Assembly: GCA_045562555.1 (NCBI GenBank)
Contig: JBJKVO010000001.1
Location: 66,064-130,063, forward strand
Source: Dehalococcoidia bacterium
GTDB lineage: Bacteria; Chloroflexota; Dehalococcoidia; Lucifugimonadales; UBA3495
Reading direction: 5' to 3'
DNA length: 64,000 nt
The translations under genes and the position numbers were made by a program. Under the pieces are notes generated by a model. That model had not been told where the DNA came from and did not search any database. It was given only the letters and a program-made list of their open reading frames with translations. Shown here one piece after another: positions 36,812 through 45,592 of the stretch. Within the stretch, counting starts at the first letter, position 1. Each line of letters starts with the position of its first letter.

Positions 36812-37081
36812 TTATCCTCTAGACAGGTCTGATAAATCTTTGTCTTTGAAATAGTCGTAGTTTTTAGCTACATATTCTTGCTGATCTCCAGGTACAGCGT
36901 CCTCAGCAAATATTGCTGTTACAGGACAAACTGGTTCACATGCTGCACAGTCGATACATTCATCAGGGTTTATAAAAAATTGGTCGTCTTGCTCTCGAGT
37001 GTATATGCAATCAACAGGGCATACATCGACACAAGCAGCGTCTTTGAGGCCTACGCAAGGTTCAGTGATTATATAAGTCAT
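36812..37081 (-). CDS. fdxA: 7Fe-type ferredoxin
   Basis: I chose the start at 37081 (MTYIITEPC) with GAGAGAGGAAACA upstream. Motifs are CVDVCPVDCIY and CIDCAACEPVCPVTAI. The ORF-track N-terminal extension to 37123 is unlikely. Confidence 0.8.
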   Translation of the reverse strand: MTYIITEPCVGLKDAACVDVCPVDCIYTREQDDQFFINPDECIDCAACEPVCPVTAIFAEDAVPGDQQEYVAKNYDYFKDKDLSDLSRG

Positions 37082-37193
37082 TGTTTCCTCTCTCTCTCTA
37101 TGGTTTGACTCTATCGAGCCCATAATATTAGTACCTGGTCATTATACACAGAATTGTGTAACTTTTGTATTACGGCTTAGGATGATAGAGTTA

Positions 37194-37634
37194 TTAAATC
37201 ACTAGTCCAGAAGTCCGCTTTTTTATAGACAAATTGACGAATGTTTCTGTACGTTGAACTCCATTAATAATTCCTACTTGTTCTCTAAGGAAAGAGCCTA
37301 AGTTTTCTGCGGTGTCAGTGCCCACCCAAACAAAAACGTCGAATGAGCCCGTTGTAACTGCCACGTAATGGGCTTGCTCTAGTTCGGATATTGTTGTAGC
37401 TACTTTTTCAGACATACCAGGCTCAGTTTGAATTCCAATCATTGCGGTAGTTGCGAATCCTAGCCTATCTAAATTTGGAATTGCTATCACGCTTAAGTAC
37501 CCATCTTCGATGAGTTTTTTAAGTCTCCGACGTATTGTACCTTCACTTACGCCAGCTTCTCGCGCGATCTTTGCGTTTGATGCCCTGCCATCTAGCTGAA
37601 GCAGGTTGATTATATTTACGTCTAAATCATCCAT
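37194..37634 (-). CDS. Lrp/AsnC family transcriptional regulator
   Basis: The length is 146 aa. The N-terminal HTH is LQLDGRASNAKIAREAGVSEGTIRRRLKKL, followed by a C-terminal RAM-like domain. Confidence 0.8.
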   Translation of the reverse strand: MDDLDVNIINLLQLDGRASNAKIAREAGVSEGTIRRRLKKLIEDGYLSVIAIPNLDRLGFATTAMIGIQTEPGMSEKVATTISELEQAHYVAVTTGSFDVFVWVGTDTAENLGSFLREQVGIINGVQRTETFVNLSIKKRTSGLVI

Positions 37635-37828
37635 TTCGGGCTCCTAAATAACAATTGCCGATTAACGTAGATAATACTAAGTCGTGCGCCGAGTTGTGTC
37701 AAATTATCTTCGAATTCTGATGAATTAAATCGATAACCTCATCGAAAAGATAACGTGCGTGATGGAATCGTTAATAAATTGTTTTATTGCCCGAATGATT
37801 CGCATTTGATAGAATTCAATCCTCAAAC

Positions 37829-37920
37829 GGAGGGGTCGCATAGAGGTCTAGTGCGGGCGCCTGCTAAGCGCCTATCCTGAGTAATCGGGATCGAGGGTTC
37901 GAATCCCTCTCCCTCCGCCA
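37829..37920 (+). tRNA. tRNA-Ser (anticodon GCU), CCA encoded
   Basis: The sequence is ggaggggtcgcatagaggtctagtgc...ggcgc-ctGCTaa-gcgcc, followed by a long variable arm, then gagggttcgaatccctc-tccctcc-g-cca. Confidence 0.9.
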
Positions 37921-37930
37921 CAATTTCAGG

Positions 37931-37936
37931 TATAAT
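37931..37936 (+). promoter_or_regulatory. candidate -10 box (TATAAT) placed for a leaderless miaB transcript
   Basis: A perfect TATAAT lies 6 nt upstream of the miaB ATG (37943). No Shine-Dalgarno is present in the 22-nt tRNA-miaB spacer. Confidence 0.3.
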
Positions 37937-37942
37937 ACGGCT

Positions 37943-39241
37943 ATGCAAATTAGTTCGTACAATATTTGGACGATTGGTTGTCAAATGAATGAGGCTGATT
38001 CTGATAAGCTCGCCTCTGCTTTGGATCAACTAGGCCTGACCAAGAAAGACAATGCTGAAGACGCGGATTTGGTCGTTCTAAATTCATGCGTCGTGCGTCA
38101 GAGTGCCGAAGATAAAGTTTCTTACAGAGTTTCGATATCGCAGGAATTCAAGAAAGATAGACCTGAACAAATGCTAGTTCTGATGGGCTGCATGGTTGGA
38201 CCTAACAGTGAGAATTTGCAAAAACGATTTCCGTCAGTAGACATGTTCATGAGGCCACAAGATTTCAATCCTTTACTAGAACAGATAGCGGAATTAAATG
38301 ACGTGGACTTGGAAGGATGTATATCTAACTATGCTCACTCAAATCCAGGAATTAGCTGTCATGTACCAATAATCAAAGGATGTGATTTCATGTGCTCATT
38401 CTGTATTATTCCGTATCGACGAGGTAGACAAGAGAGTAGGACCATCAGAGACATCGTATCTGAAGTTTCGATATTAGTGGATAGAGGAGTTAAAGAGATT
38501 ACTCTTTTGGGTCAAACAGTGGATGCTTATGGACACGATCTAAATGAAGATGTTGATCTAGCAGACTTACTGGGTCACGTTAATGATATTACTGGGCTGG
38601 AGAGAATTAGATTCTTGACGTCGCATCCGTCTTTCATGAGCGAAAAAATTATTGAATCTATTAATGAACTTCCAAAAGTATGTGAGCATATTAATTTACC
38701 TATACAAGCTGGAAATGACGTGGTTTTAGAACGAATGAGAAGACCTTATACGAACGATCATTACAGAAGACTTGTTGATGATATTCGAAAGATTGTGCCA
38801 AGTGTGACCATAAGTACCGATATCATAGTTGGATTTCCAGGGGAATCGGATGAACAATTTCAAGACACATTGAAAATTGTAGAAGATTTAGAATTTTCCA
38901 AGGTTCATTCTGCAGAATATTCAAATCGACCGGGTACAATTGCTTCACGACAGCTCAAAGATGATATTCCAGTACGAATAAAAAGAGATCGTAGAAAAAT
39001 GATTGATGCTGTTCAGGAAACCATCCAAGAGAAAAATAATAGAGACTCAGTCGGAGATTTACATTCAGTGTTAATTGAAGGACGGCGAAAAGAGCAGTGG
39101 TATGGCAGGAATAGAAACGATAAATTAGTGTATACTAGTACGAATACAAAAAATCTTAGAAATAGTATCGTGGAAATTAAGATTGAAGACAGTAGTCCTT
39201 GGTCATTAACAGGATCAGTAACCAAAACAAATTTAGGTTAA
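37943..39241 (+). CDS. miaB: tRNA-2-methylthio-N6-dimethylallyladenosine synthase (radical SAM methylthiotransferase)
   Basis: The length is 432 aa. It has the N-terminal TIGCQMNEADSDKLA, the radical SAM motif CDFMCSFC (CxxxCxxC), and a C-terminal TRAM-like region. Confidence 0.85.
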   Translation: MQISSYNIWTIGCQMNEADSDKLASALDQLGLTKKDNAEDADLVVLNSCVVRQSAEDKVSYRVSISQEFKKDRPEQMLVLMGCMVGPNSENLQKRFPSVDMFMRPQDFNPLLEQIAELNDVDLEGCISNYAHSNPGISCHVPIIKGCDFMCSFCIIPYRRGRQESRTIRDIVSEVSILVDRGVKEITLLGQTVDAYGHDLNEDVDLADLLGHVNDITGLERIRFLTSHPSFMSEKIIESINELPKVCEHINLPIQAGNDVVLERMRRPYTNDHYRRLVDDIRKIVPSVTISTDIIVGFPGESDEQFQDTLKIVEDLEFSKVHSAEYSNRPGTIASRQLKDDIPVRIKRDRRKMIDAVQETIQEKNNRDSVGDLHSVLIEGRRKEQWYGRNRNDKLVYTSTNTKNLRNSIVEIKIEDSSPWSLTGSVTKTNLG

Positions 39242-39260
39242 CAGTTAAGAGGGACTTGAT

Positions 39261-40469
39261 ATGACAATAAGAAATAAGCCTTACTCGTTACCATTAACAG
39301 AAATAGAACAAACGGCTTTCTGTAGCACCGAAGATGACCTGCCTGCTAAGCCACTTTCAGAAGAAATGAAAGTTAATGTACGTTGGCAAAATATACCATC
39401 TGATTATTTGCATCTCACTCCAGAAGAACTGGACAATAGGATTCATGAAGTTAGGAATAAACTGGGAAATAAAGTTACAGTTTTAGGCCATCATTATCAA
39501 CGAGAAGAAGTTATTAAGTATGCAGACTTTCAAGGAGATTCGTTTCTTTTGTCAAAAGAAGCTGCAGCACTTCCGGATGTGGAATACATAGTTTTTTGTG
39601 GTGTTCATTTCATGGCTGAAACCGCATGCATCCTTGCTGATGATTCTCAGAAAGTGATACTTCCAAATATTACTGCAGGTTGTTCGATGGCTGACATGGC
39701 GCCAATGGAAGACGTTGATGATGCGTGGGCTGATCTGAAGAATATATTGCCTGCAGAAAATTCAGTGATTCCGTTGACTTATATGAACTCCATTGCTGGA
39801 ATTAAAGCTTTGTGTGGAAGAAACAATGGGGCAGTGTGCACATCTTCTAATGCTAAGAAAGTAATGGAATGGGCGTATGACCAAGGTGAAAGAGTACTGT
39901 TTTTACCAGATCAACATTTAGGTAGGAACACCGCACTTGAGCTCGGAATTCCATTAGATAAAATGATTTTGTGGAATCCGTTCAAAGTTTTGGGAGGCAA
40001 TACCCCGGAGCAGATTAAGGAGTCAAAAATAATCTTGTGGCAAGGTCATTGCTCTGTGCACACAAGATTCACAACTCAACAGATTGAAACTGCAAGAAAT
40101 AGATACCCGCAAGTTAATGTTGTGGTTCATCCGGAATGCCCGATGGAAACAGTTCAAGCTGCAGATATGGTTGGTTCAACCGAATTTATAAGAAAGGTTA
40201 TAAACGAAGGTGAATCGGGTAGTGTATGGGCAGTTGGTACAGAAATTAGTTTGGTGAATAGATTGGCTCGACAAAATCCAGACAAAACTGTATTTTGTCT
40301 GGATCCTGTAAGTTGTCCTTGTTCAACAATGTATAGAATTCACCCTGCGTATTTGTTGTGGGTGCTGGATTGTATAAATGAGGAACAGCTGGTTAACGAG
40401 ATAACAGTGTCTGCGGAGGTTAAATCTTCAGCTAATATCGCTTTGCGAAGGATGTTGGATTTAGCGTAA
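39261..40469 (+). CDS. nadA: quinolinate synthase
   Basis: The length is 402 aa. VLGHHYQREEVIKYADFQGDSFLLSKEAA and YIVFCGVHFMAETA are collinear with Bacillus-type NadA. Confidence 0.85.
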   Translation: MTIRNKPYSLPLTEIEQTAFCSTEDDLPAKPLSEEMKVNVRWQNIPSDYLHLTPEELDNRIHEVRNKLGNKVTVLGHHYQREEVIKYADFQGDSFLLSKEAAALPDVEYIVFCGVHFMAETACILADDSQKVILPNITAGCSMADMAPMEDVDDAWADLKNILPAENSVIPLTYMNSIAGIKALCGRNNGAVCTSSNAKKVMEWAYDQGERVLFLPDQHLGRNTALELGIPLDKMILWNPFKVLGGNTPEQIKESKIILWQGHCSVHTRFTTQQIETARNRYPQVNVVVHPECPMETVQAADMVGSTEFIRKVINEGESGSVWAVGTEISLVNRLARQNPDKTVFCLDPVSCPCSTMYRIHPAYLLWVLDCINEEQLVNEITVSAEVKSSANIALRRMLDLA

Positions 40470-40548
40470 ATGATTTCCTGAATTAGTATTCGATTTTTGA
40501 GAGACTAATTGGTAATATCTATTGTAGACAGTAAACAGGGAGATTAGT

Positions 40549-41400
40549 GTGCAAAAATTACCGTTAGAAGTTATCGAGCTGATCAAATTAGCACTTCGAG
40601 AAGATCAAGCATTTAATGATCCAACTACCAGCGCTCTGATTGATCCTTCACTAGAAGTCTCTGGGCAATTAATTGCTAAACAAGAAGGGATAATATCAGG
40701 GATCGAAGTATTTATTGCTACATTTGCATATATTGATAGTGATATTGTTTTCGATCGAACCCTTCATGATGGTGATCAAGTTATCAATGGACAATCCATA
40801 ATAGATTTTCATGGTTCTGCTTCCAGTATTTTAAGAGGAGAAAGGACCGCATTGAATTTCATACAGAGAATGAGTGGGATAGCCTCGGAAACTAACAAGT
40901 ATGTGAAATTGGTTGAAGATTTGAAAGCTACAATAGTTGATACTAGAAAAACTGCACCTGGTCATAGGTACCTGGATAAATATTCAGTGATGATGGGTGG
41001 AGGTAGTAATCACCGGTTCAATCTATCAGATGGTATATTGATCAAAGATAATCATTTGGTTGTGTTAAAGAAAATAGGACTGGATAACAGAGATGCGGTA
41101 ATTCAAGCAGTAAACCGTTCTTCACATACTATTAATGTTGAGATAGAAGTAGAGAGCATAGAAGAAGTGGAAACTGCATTGTCTGCTGGAGCCCAAATCA
41201 TAATGCTGGATAATATGGACGTTAATACTATGTCTGAAGCGGTCAGTTTGATTGATGGCAAGGCAGTCGTTGAAGCTTCTGGAGGAATTAACTTGAACAC
41301 AGTTAGATCCGTTGCTGAGACAGGTGTTGACCTGATATCAGTTGGTTCATTGACCCACTCTGTACAGGGATTAGACCTAAGCTTAGATATACAAAATTAA
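40549..41400 (+). CDS. nadC: nicotinate-nucleotide pyrophosphorylase (carboxylating)
   Basis: The length is 283 aa with a GTG start. It has ERTALNFIQRMSGIA, DTRKTAPG, IKDNH and MLDNM. Confidence 0.85.
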   Translation: MQKLPLEVIELIKLALREDQAFNDPTTSALIDPSLEVSGQLIAKQEGIISGIEVFIATFAYIDSDIVFDRTLHDGDQVINGQSIIDFHGSASSILRGERTALNFIQRMSGIASETNKYVKLVEDLKATIVDTRKTAPGHRYLDKYSVMMGGGSNHRFNLSDGILIKDNHLVVLKKIGLDNRDAVIQAVNRSSHTINVEIEVESIEEVETALSAGAQIIMLDNMDVNTMSEAVSLIDGKAVVEASGGINLNTVRSVAETGVDLISVGSLTHSVQGLDLSLDIQN

Positions 41401-41417
41401 TAATTGGAGGAATTAGA

Positions 41418-41966
41418 ATGGCAAGACTAAATAATATTAACAGGGACGAACTGTCGAGTTCTGATCAAGAATACTATGACTCTATAGTAGGGAGCAGAGG
41501 AAGTGTTAGAGGTCCATATGGCGTATTGCTGCATAGCCCTGATTTAGCATCGAGAATAGCTCATACAGGAACTTATGTTAGGTTTGAGCTTGATTTGCCA
41601 GAGTCTTTAAAAGAAACTGTCATTATTACAGCTGCGAGAGAGATTCGGAACCAGTATGAATTCGCGGCTCATGCAAGACTGGCGAGAGCGGCTGGAGTTG
41701 CTGAATCTACGATTACCACTATAGCTCAGGGTAAATCTATAGATTCATTGCCTGAAGATGAGAAACTGCTAGTGACTTATGCCCAACAGTTGATTAGAGA
41801 TCACAAAATACAAGATGACGTGTTTAATGCTGTGAGTGAGAAATATGGGATAAAGAAAACAGTAGATATTACAGCATTGATTGGACATTATCTTTTGGTA
41901 GGCCAGATTTTGAGTGCTTTCGAAGTCGATCTTGCTGAAGGTATGACCGCTGAGATAACAGACTAG
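41418..41966 (+). CDS. carboxymuconolactone decarboxylase (AhpD-like) family protein
   Basis: The length is 182 aa. It has ITAAREIRNQYEFAAHARLARAAGV. A GGAGG RBS is present. Confidence 0.55.
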   Translation: MARLNNINRDELSSSDQEYYDSIVGSRGSVRGPYGVLLHSPDLASRIAHTGTYVRFELDLPESLKETVIITAAREIRNQYEFAAHARLARAAGVAESTITTIAQGKSIDSLPEDEKLLVTYAQQLIRDHKIQDDVFNAVSEKYGIKKTVDITALIGHYLLVGQILSAFEVDLAEGMTAEITD

Positions 41967-41975
41967 GAAAGATCT

Positions 41976-42530
41976 ATGGTCACCCCTCATAAAGAAATAT
42001 TATTTGGGTGTTTAAGCTTTACTTGGGAAATGATTGACTTAGCCATTGAAGATTTGTCGCATGAACAGCTTGTTCAAATGCCTTCTCCTAACGCTAATTC
42101 GATAGCGTGGACCTTGTGGCATATGAGTAGGGTTTTTGACTCTCTAATTAGTATACATTTGCTTAAATGTCCTCAATTATGGTCGTCAGAAGGTTGGGAA
42201 GCTAAATTTAATATACCGTCTGGACAGGAAGATCGAGGTGTTGGATGGACTATAGAAGAAGTGAGTGGCTGGGCCCCTCCCGATAAAGACACTGTGATAG
42301 GTTATTATGAAGCTGTGAAATTGCTTATGACCGATTATATTGAATCTCTCACAGAATCTGAGATTATTCGGACCGTAGATATCCCTGTAGTTACGTCAGG
42401 TATTTCAGGGATTGATTCGAAGTCTGTGGGAGCTGCCTTTGGGAGACGCGTGTGGGATTACGTAAGTCATGCAGGGCATATATCTTATATTCGTGGATTA
42501 ATAGTAGGCCCAGGGTGGTATATCCGGTAG
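41976..42530 (+). CDS. DinB-family four-helix-bundle protein
   Basis: The length is 184 aa. It has NSIAWTLWHMSRV and a C-terminal HAGHISYIRG. Confidence 0.55.
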   Translation: MVTPHKEILFGCLSFTWEMIDLAIEDLSHEQLVQMPSPNANSIAWTLWHMSRVFDSLISIHLLKCPQLWSSEGWEAKFNIPSGQEDRGVGWTIEEVSGWAPPDKDTVIGYYEAVKLLMTDYIESLTESEIIRTVDIPVVTSGISGIDSKSVGAAFGRRVWDYVSHAGHISYIRGLIVGPGWYIR

Positions 42531-42544
42531 CTTTGAATTAACTC

Positions 42545-42991
42545 TTAAGCCATATCACTGTCGATTATTAAGGTTACTGGGCCATCGTTGACGATGTTTA
42601 CCTGCATGTCTGCTCCGAATTCACCGGTTTTTACGTTATGTACGACTGATTTACATTTGTCTACGAAAGACTGATATAGAGGTTCTGCAACTTCTGGCTT
42701 CGCTGCATTAGTAAAATCGGGTCTGCGCCCTTTTTTGACAGAGGCAGGCAATGTGAATTGGCTCACTACTAACAAATCTCCTCTAATATCCTGAATAGAT
42801 AAATCGAAATTATTATTATCTGATTCAAACAATCTCAAACTTAAAACTTTATTAGATACGTAATCAACTTCATTATATGTATCAGTTGATGTGATTCCTA
42901 GAAGGACAACTAAGCCTCGGTTTATGCATCTTAGTGTTTGATTATCAATCAATACGGAAGCTTGGGATACTTTTTGAATAAGGCCTATCAA
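42545..42991 (-). CDS. dtd: D-aminoacyl-tRNA deacylase
   Basis: The length is 148 aa. It has MIGLIQKVSQASV, SQFTL and KKGRRPDF. Confidence 0.85.
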   Translation of the reverse strand: MIGLIQKVSQASVLIDNQTLRCINRGLVVLLGITSTDTYNEVDYVSNKVLSLRLFESDNNNFDLSIQDIRGDLLVVSQFTLPASVKKGRRPDFTNAAKPEVAEPLYQSFVDKCKSVVHNVKTGEFGADMQVNIVNDGPVTLIIDSDMA

Positions 42992-43009
42992 TTTAGATAG
43001 AGTGCCTGG

Positions 43010-43324
43010 TTATTCTGAATTGGATGAAGAAGATGTTGTGCTAGATGAAGTGTCTGAGGTTTTATTAGAATCACTCTTAGTTTCATTAGAGCTATTGCTT
43101 TCTTTCTTGGTTTCTGGTTTTGTAGAAGGCGTAGATGAAGACTTCTGTCTCCCGTAATCTGTGGTGTAAAATCCAGAGCCCTTATATATGACCGGTACGG
43201 AATGGAATATTCTCCTGCCTTCTCCTGAGCAGTCTGGGCAACTACCTTTACCTGCTTCAGCAAATGTTTGGGTTAATTCAAACTCATTTGCACAATTCGT
43301 GCATTTATAATCGTATCTGGGCAT
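43010..43324 (-). CDS. FmdB-family zinc-ribbon protein with Ser/Thr-rich C-terminal tail
   Basis: I chose the start at 43324 (MPRYDYKCTNCANEFE...CPDCSG). The C-terminal roughly 45 aa are low complexity (S/T/K/N). Confidence 0.7.
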   Translation of the reverse strand: MPRYDYKCTNCANEFELTQTFAEAGKGSCPDCSGEGRRIFHSVPVIYKGSGFYTTDYGRQKSSSTPSTKPETKKESNSSNETKSDSNKTSDTSSSTTSSSSNSE

Positions 43325-43358
43325 TGAATAATCTCCTAACAAGTAGAGATAACAAATG

Positions 43359-43547
43359 TTATCTTGTTCTTTGTCTACGGCGACGACGAGCTGCTCTTTG
43401 TTCAGCTATGCGAACTTTTTGAGCTTTACTTCGGAAGAACCTTCGGTCCTTTAATTCTCTTAATATGCCAGCGTGTTGTACCGATGCTCTGAACCGGTTA
43501 ACTAAGCTTTCTGGGCTTTCACCCTCTCTAGGGGTTACATAAGCCAT
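43359..43547 (-). CDS. rpsU: 30S ribosomal protein S21
   Basis: The length is 62 aa. It has ESPESLVNRFRASVQHAGILRELKDRRFF...RRRRRQ. Confidence 0.85.
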   Translation of the reverse strand: MAYVTPREGESPESLVNRFRASVQHAGILRELKDRRFFRSKAQKVRIAEQRAARRRRRQRTR

Positions 43548-43711
43548 AAAATTTTCCTCGATAATTAATTAAAATTCATAATTCACGAGCACACAATTTA
43601 TCATATATGTGCTCATATATCAATGTCATTAGATATGAAAATGTGTATGATGAGATATACCATCAGGTTATATATAAACCTACAAACTTTCTATAAAAAG
43701 AAGGAGGCATT

Positions 43712-44716
43712 GTGAAAGTTTGCATTCCTGGGAACAATAAAGGATCAGGAGGACCTAATTCCTTTAAACGAAACTTAATTAAAGAGCTGATTAATCTGGG
43801 TATCGATGTGGATACAGGATTTTCGTCTACAGGAATAGACGTCGTCCTACTTGTAGGAGGTACTCGTAATATCAATTGGCTAAGAAAGCTTAGGAGTTCA
43901 AATATTCCAGTTATTCAGAGATTAGGCCCCATGAATTGGCTTCATCAGTATGAATCAATCCTCAATAGCCATAAGTGGAGAAGTGTTGTGAGGAATTCTA
44001 TTTTATTTAGGATTAGAGAAAATTTTGCGAACCATGTGATATATCAAAGTGAATTCTGTAAAACATGGTGGACTGATGTAAAAGGACAAGATAAGTGCGG
44101 TAATACGGTAATATATAATGGAGTGGACACTTCGTTATTCAACCCCGAAACATTGCAACTATCTTCTGAAGCGCTACGATTGATATCAGTGGAAGGTAAT
44201 TTAGCTTACACTCAACAGGTTTACAGAACTCCAGTGGAACTGACCACTTTATTAAAACAAAAAGATATAAACGTAGAATTAACCCTTGTTGGGGATATAG
44301 ACAGTAAAGGCCTACGGGAAATATGCAACTATGACTATGTTAATTATGTTGGAAATATTCCCCATGTATCCATAAGAGAAATGCTTGTTACTCATGATAT
44401 TTTTATATCCGGTGAAATAAATCCTGCATGTCCTAATTCGCCACTTGAAGCAATGGCTTGTGGTTTACCAGTGGTAGGATTTGATACTGGAGCTTTGTCA
44501 GAACTGGTACTAGGAGGTTCGGGCTTATGCGCAGATTATGGAGCAAATCCTTGGAAATTGGAGAAACCGGATATGAATAATCTATTAAATTCCACAATAA
44601 AGGTGAATGAAAATTTGGAGTATCACTCAACAAAAGCATTACAAAACATAAAAAATAATTTTATGCTTAGTAACATGGCTAAAGAATATGTTAAAGTGTT
44701 TAAGACATTAATTTAA
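43712..44716 (+). CDS. glycosyltransferase family 4 (GT-B)
   Basis: The length is 334 aa, with a GTG start and a GAAGGAGG RBS. The C-terminal motif is NSPLEAMACGLPVVGFDTGALSELV. Confidence 0.7.
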   Translation: MKVCIPGNNKGSGGPNSFKRNLIKELINLGIDVDTGFSSTGIDVVLLVGGTRNINWLRKLRSSNIPVIQRLGPMNWLHQYESILNSHKWRSVVRNSILFRIRENFANHVIYQSEFCKTWWTDVKGQDKCGNTVIYNGVDTSLFNPETLQLSSEALRLISVEGNLAYTQQVYRTPVELTTLLKQKDINVELTLVGDIDSKGLREICNYDYVNYVGNIPHVSIREMLVTHDIFISGEINPACPNSPLEAMACGLPVVGFDTGALSELVLGGSGLCADYGANPWKLEKPDMNNLLNSTIKVNENLEYHSTKALQNIKNNFMLSNMAKEYVKVFKTLI

Positions 44717-44748
44717 GTTTCCCCAATTCTACTTAAGGCTGGTGCAAT

Positions 44749-45543
44749 ATGGCAGTTAATGCTAGCGAACCTGTAGAGCAAGAATTAGTTCTTGCTAACA
44801 CTAATGTAAAACTAAAAAAAGCGGGTTCAGGTGCCCCTTTGCTTATACTCCATAGTGAGATGGGCAACGCAGATTGGCTTAAATACCAGCAAGAACTGTC
44901 TAAAACACATACGGTGTATATGCTTTCTCATCCTGGCTGTCAGGGTTCAGATCAACCAGATTGGATTATGAACATGAGAGACTTGGCGGGTTGGTATCTC
45001 CAAGCGATAGAGGAGCTTGATATAACACCCGTCGATGTTATAGGTTTGTCTTTTGGTGGCTGGATTGCAGCAGAAATGGCAGTAATGTCACCACACTCAT
45101 TTAAGAAAATGGTTTTGGTTGGTGCTGCTGGGGTTAAACCGGAACAAGGAGAAATATTTGATATTTTTGGTGTGACACCTCAAGTGTTTCAAGAGAAAGC
45201 TTTTTTCGATCCTTCTAACACTCCGGAATATCAGATAGTTTGTCCTGACGAACTGACTGAAGAATTGGCTCTTGAATGGGAATATGCCAGAGAGTCTACA
45301 TGTAGAGTTAGCTGGAAACCGTATATGTATTATCCTGGTCTTCCTAATTTGTTGAGCAGATTGAAAACTATGGAAACATTAATTATTTGGGGATCTGAAG
45401 ATGCAATAGTTCCATTAAATTCAGGAGAAATATATAATCGATCCATCAAAGGGTCTAAATTAGAAATAATAAAACAGTGTGGGCATAGGCCTGAAATTGA
45501 AAAAGCAGAAGAATTTCTTAAACTGGTAACTGATTTTTTGTAA
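44749..45543 (+). CDS. alpha/beta-fold hydrolase (meta-cleavage-product hydrolase-like)
   Basis: The length is 264 aa. It has the nucleophile elbow GLSFGG and a C-terminal CGHRP. Confidence 0.65.
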   Translation: MAVNASEPVEQELVLANTNVKLKKAGSGAPLLILHSEMGNADWLKYQQELSKTHTVYMLSHPGCQGSDQPDWIMNMRDLAGWYLQAIEELDITPVDVIGLSFGGWIAAEMAVMSPHSFKKMVLVGAAGVKPEQGEIFDIFGVTPQVFQEKAFFDPSNTPEYQIVCPDELTEELALEWEYARESTCRVSWKPYMYYPGLPNLLSRLKTMETLIIWGSEDAIVPLNSGEIYNRSIKGSKLEIIKQCGHRPEIEKAEEFLKLVTDFL

Positions 45544-45592
45544 GTGTTACGAGGGTAAGAACAAATTAAAAGTTTGACTGAGGAGATATAAG

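Noticed and set aside
37823-38029. 68-aa minus-strand ORF
   Set aside because: It is antisense to tRNA-Ser(GCU) and to the 5' end of miaB. It has no RBS and is best explained as a chance ORF.
42988-43263. 91-aa minus-strand ORF overlapping the FmdB gene in another frame
   Set aside because: The alternative frame carries a clear FmdB zinc-ribbon motif. This ORF arises by chance from the low-complexity Ser/Thr-coding region.
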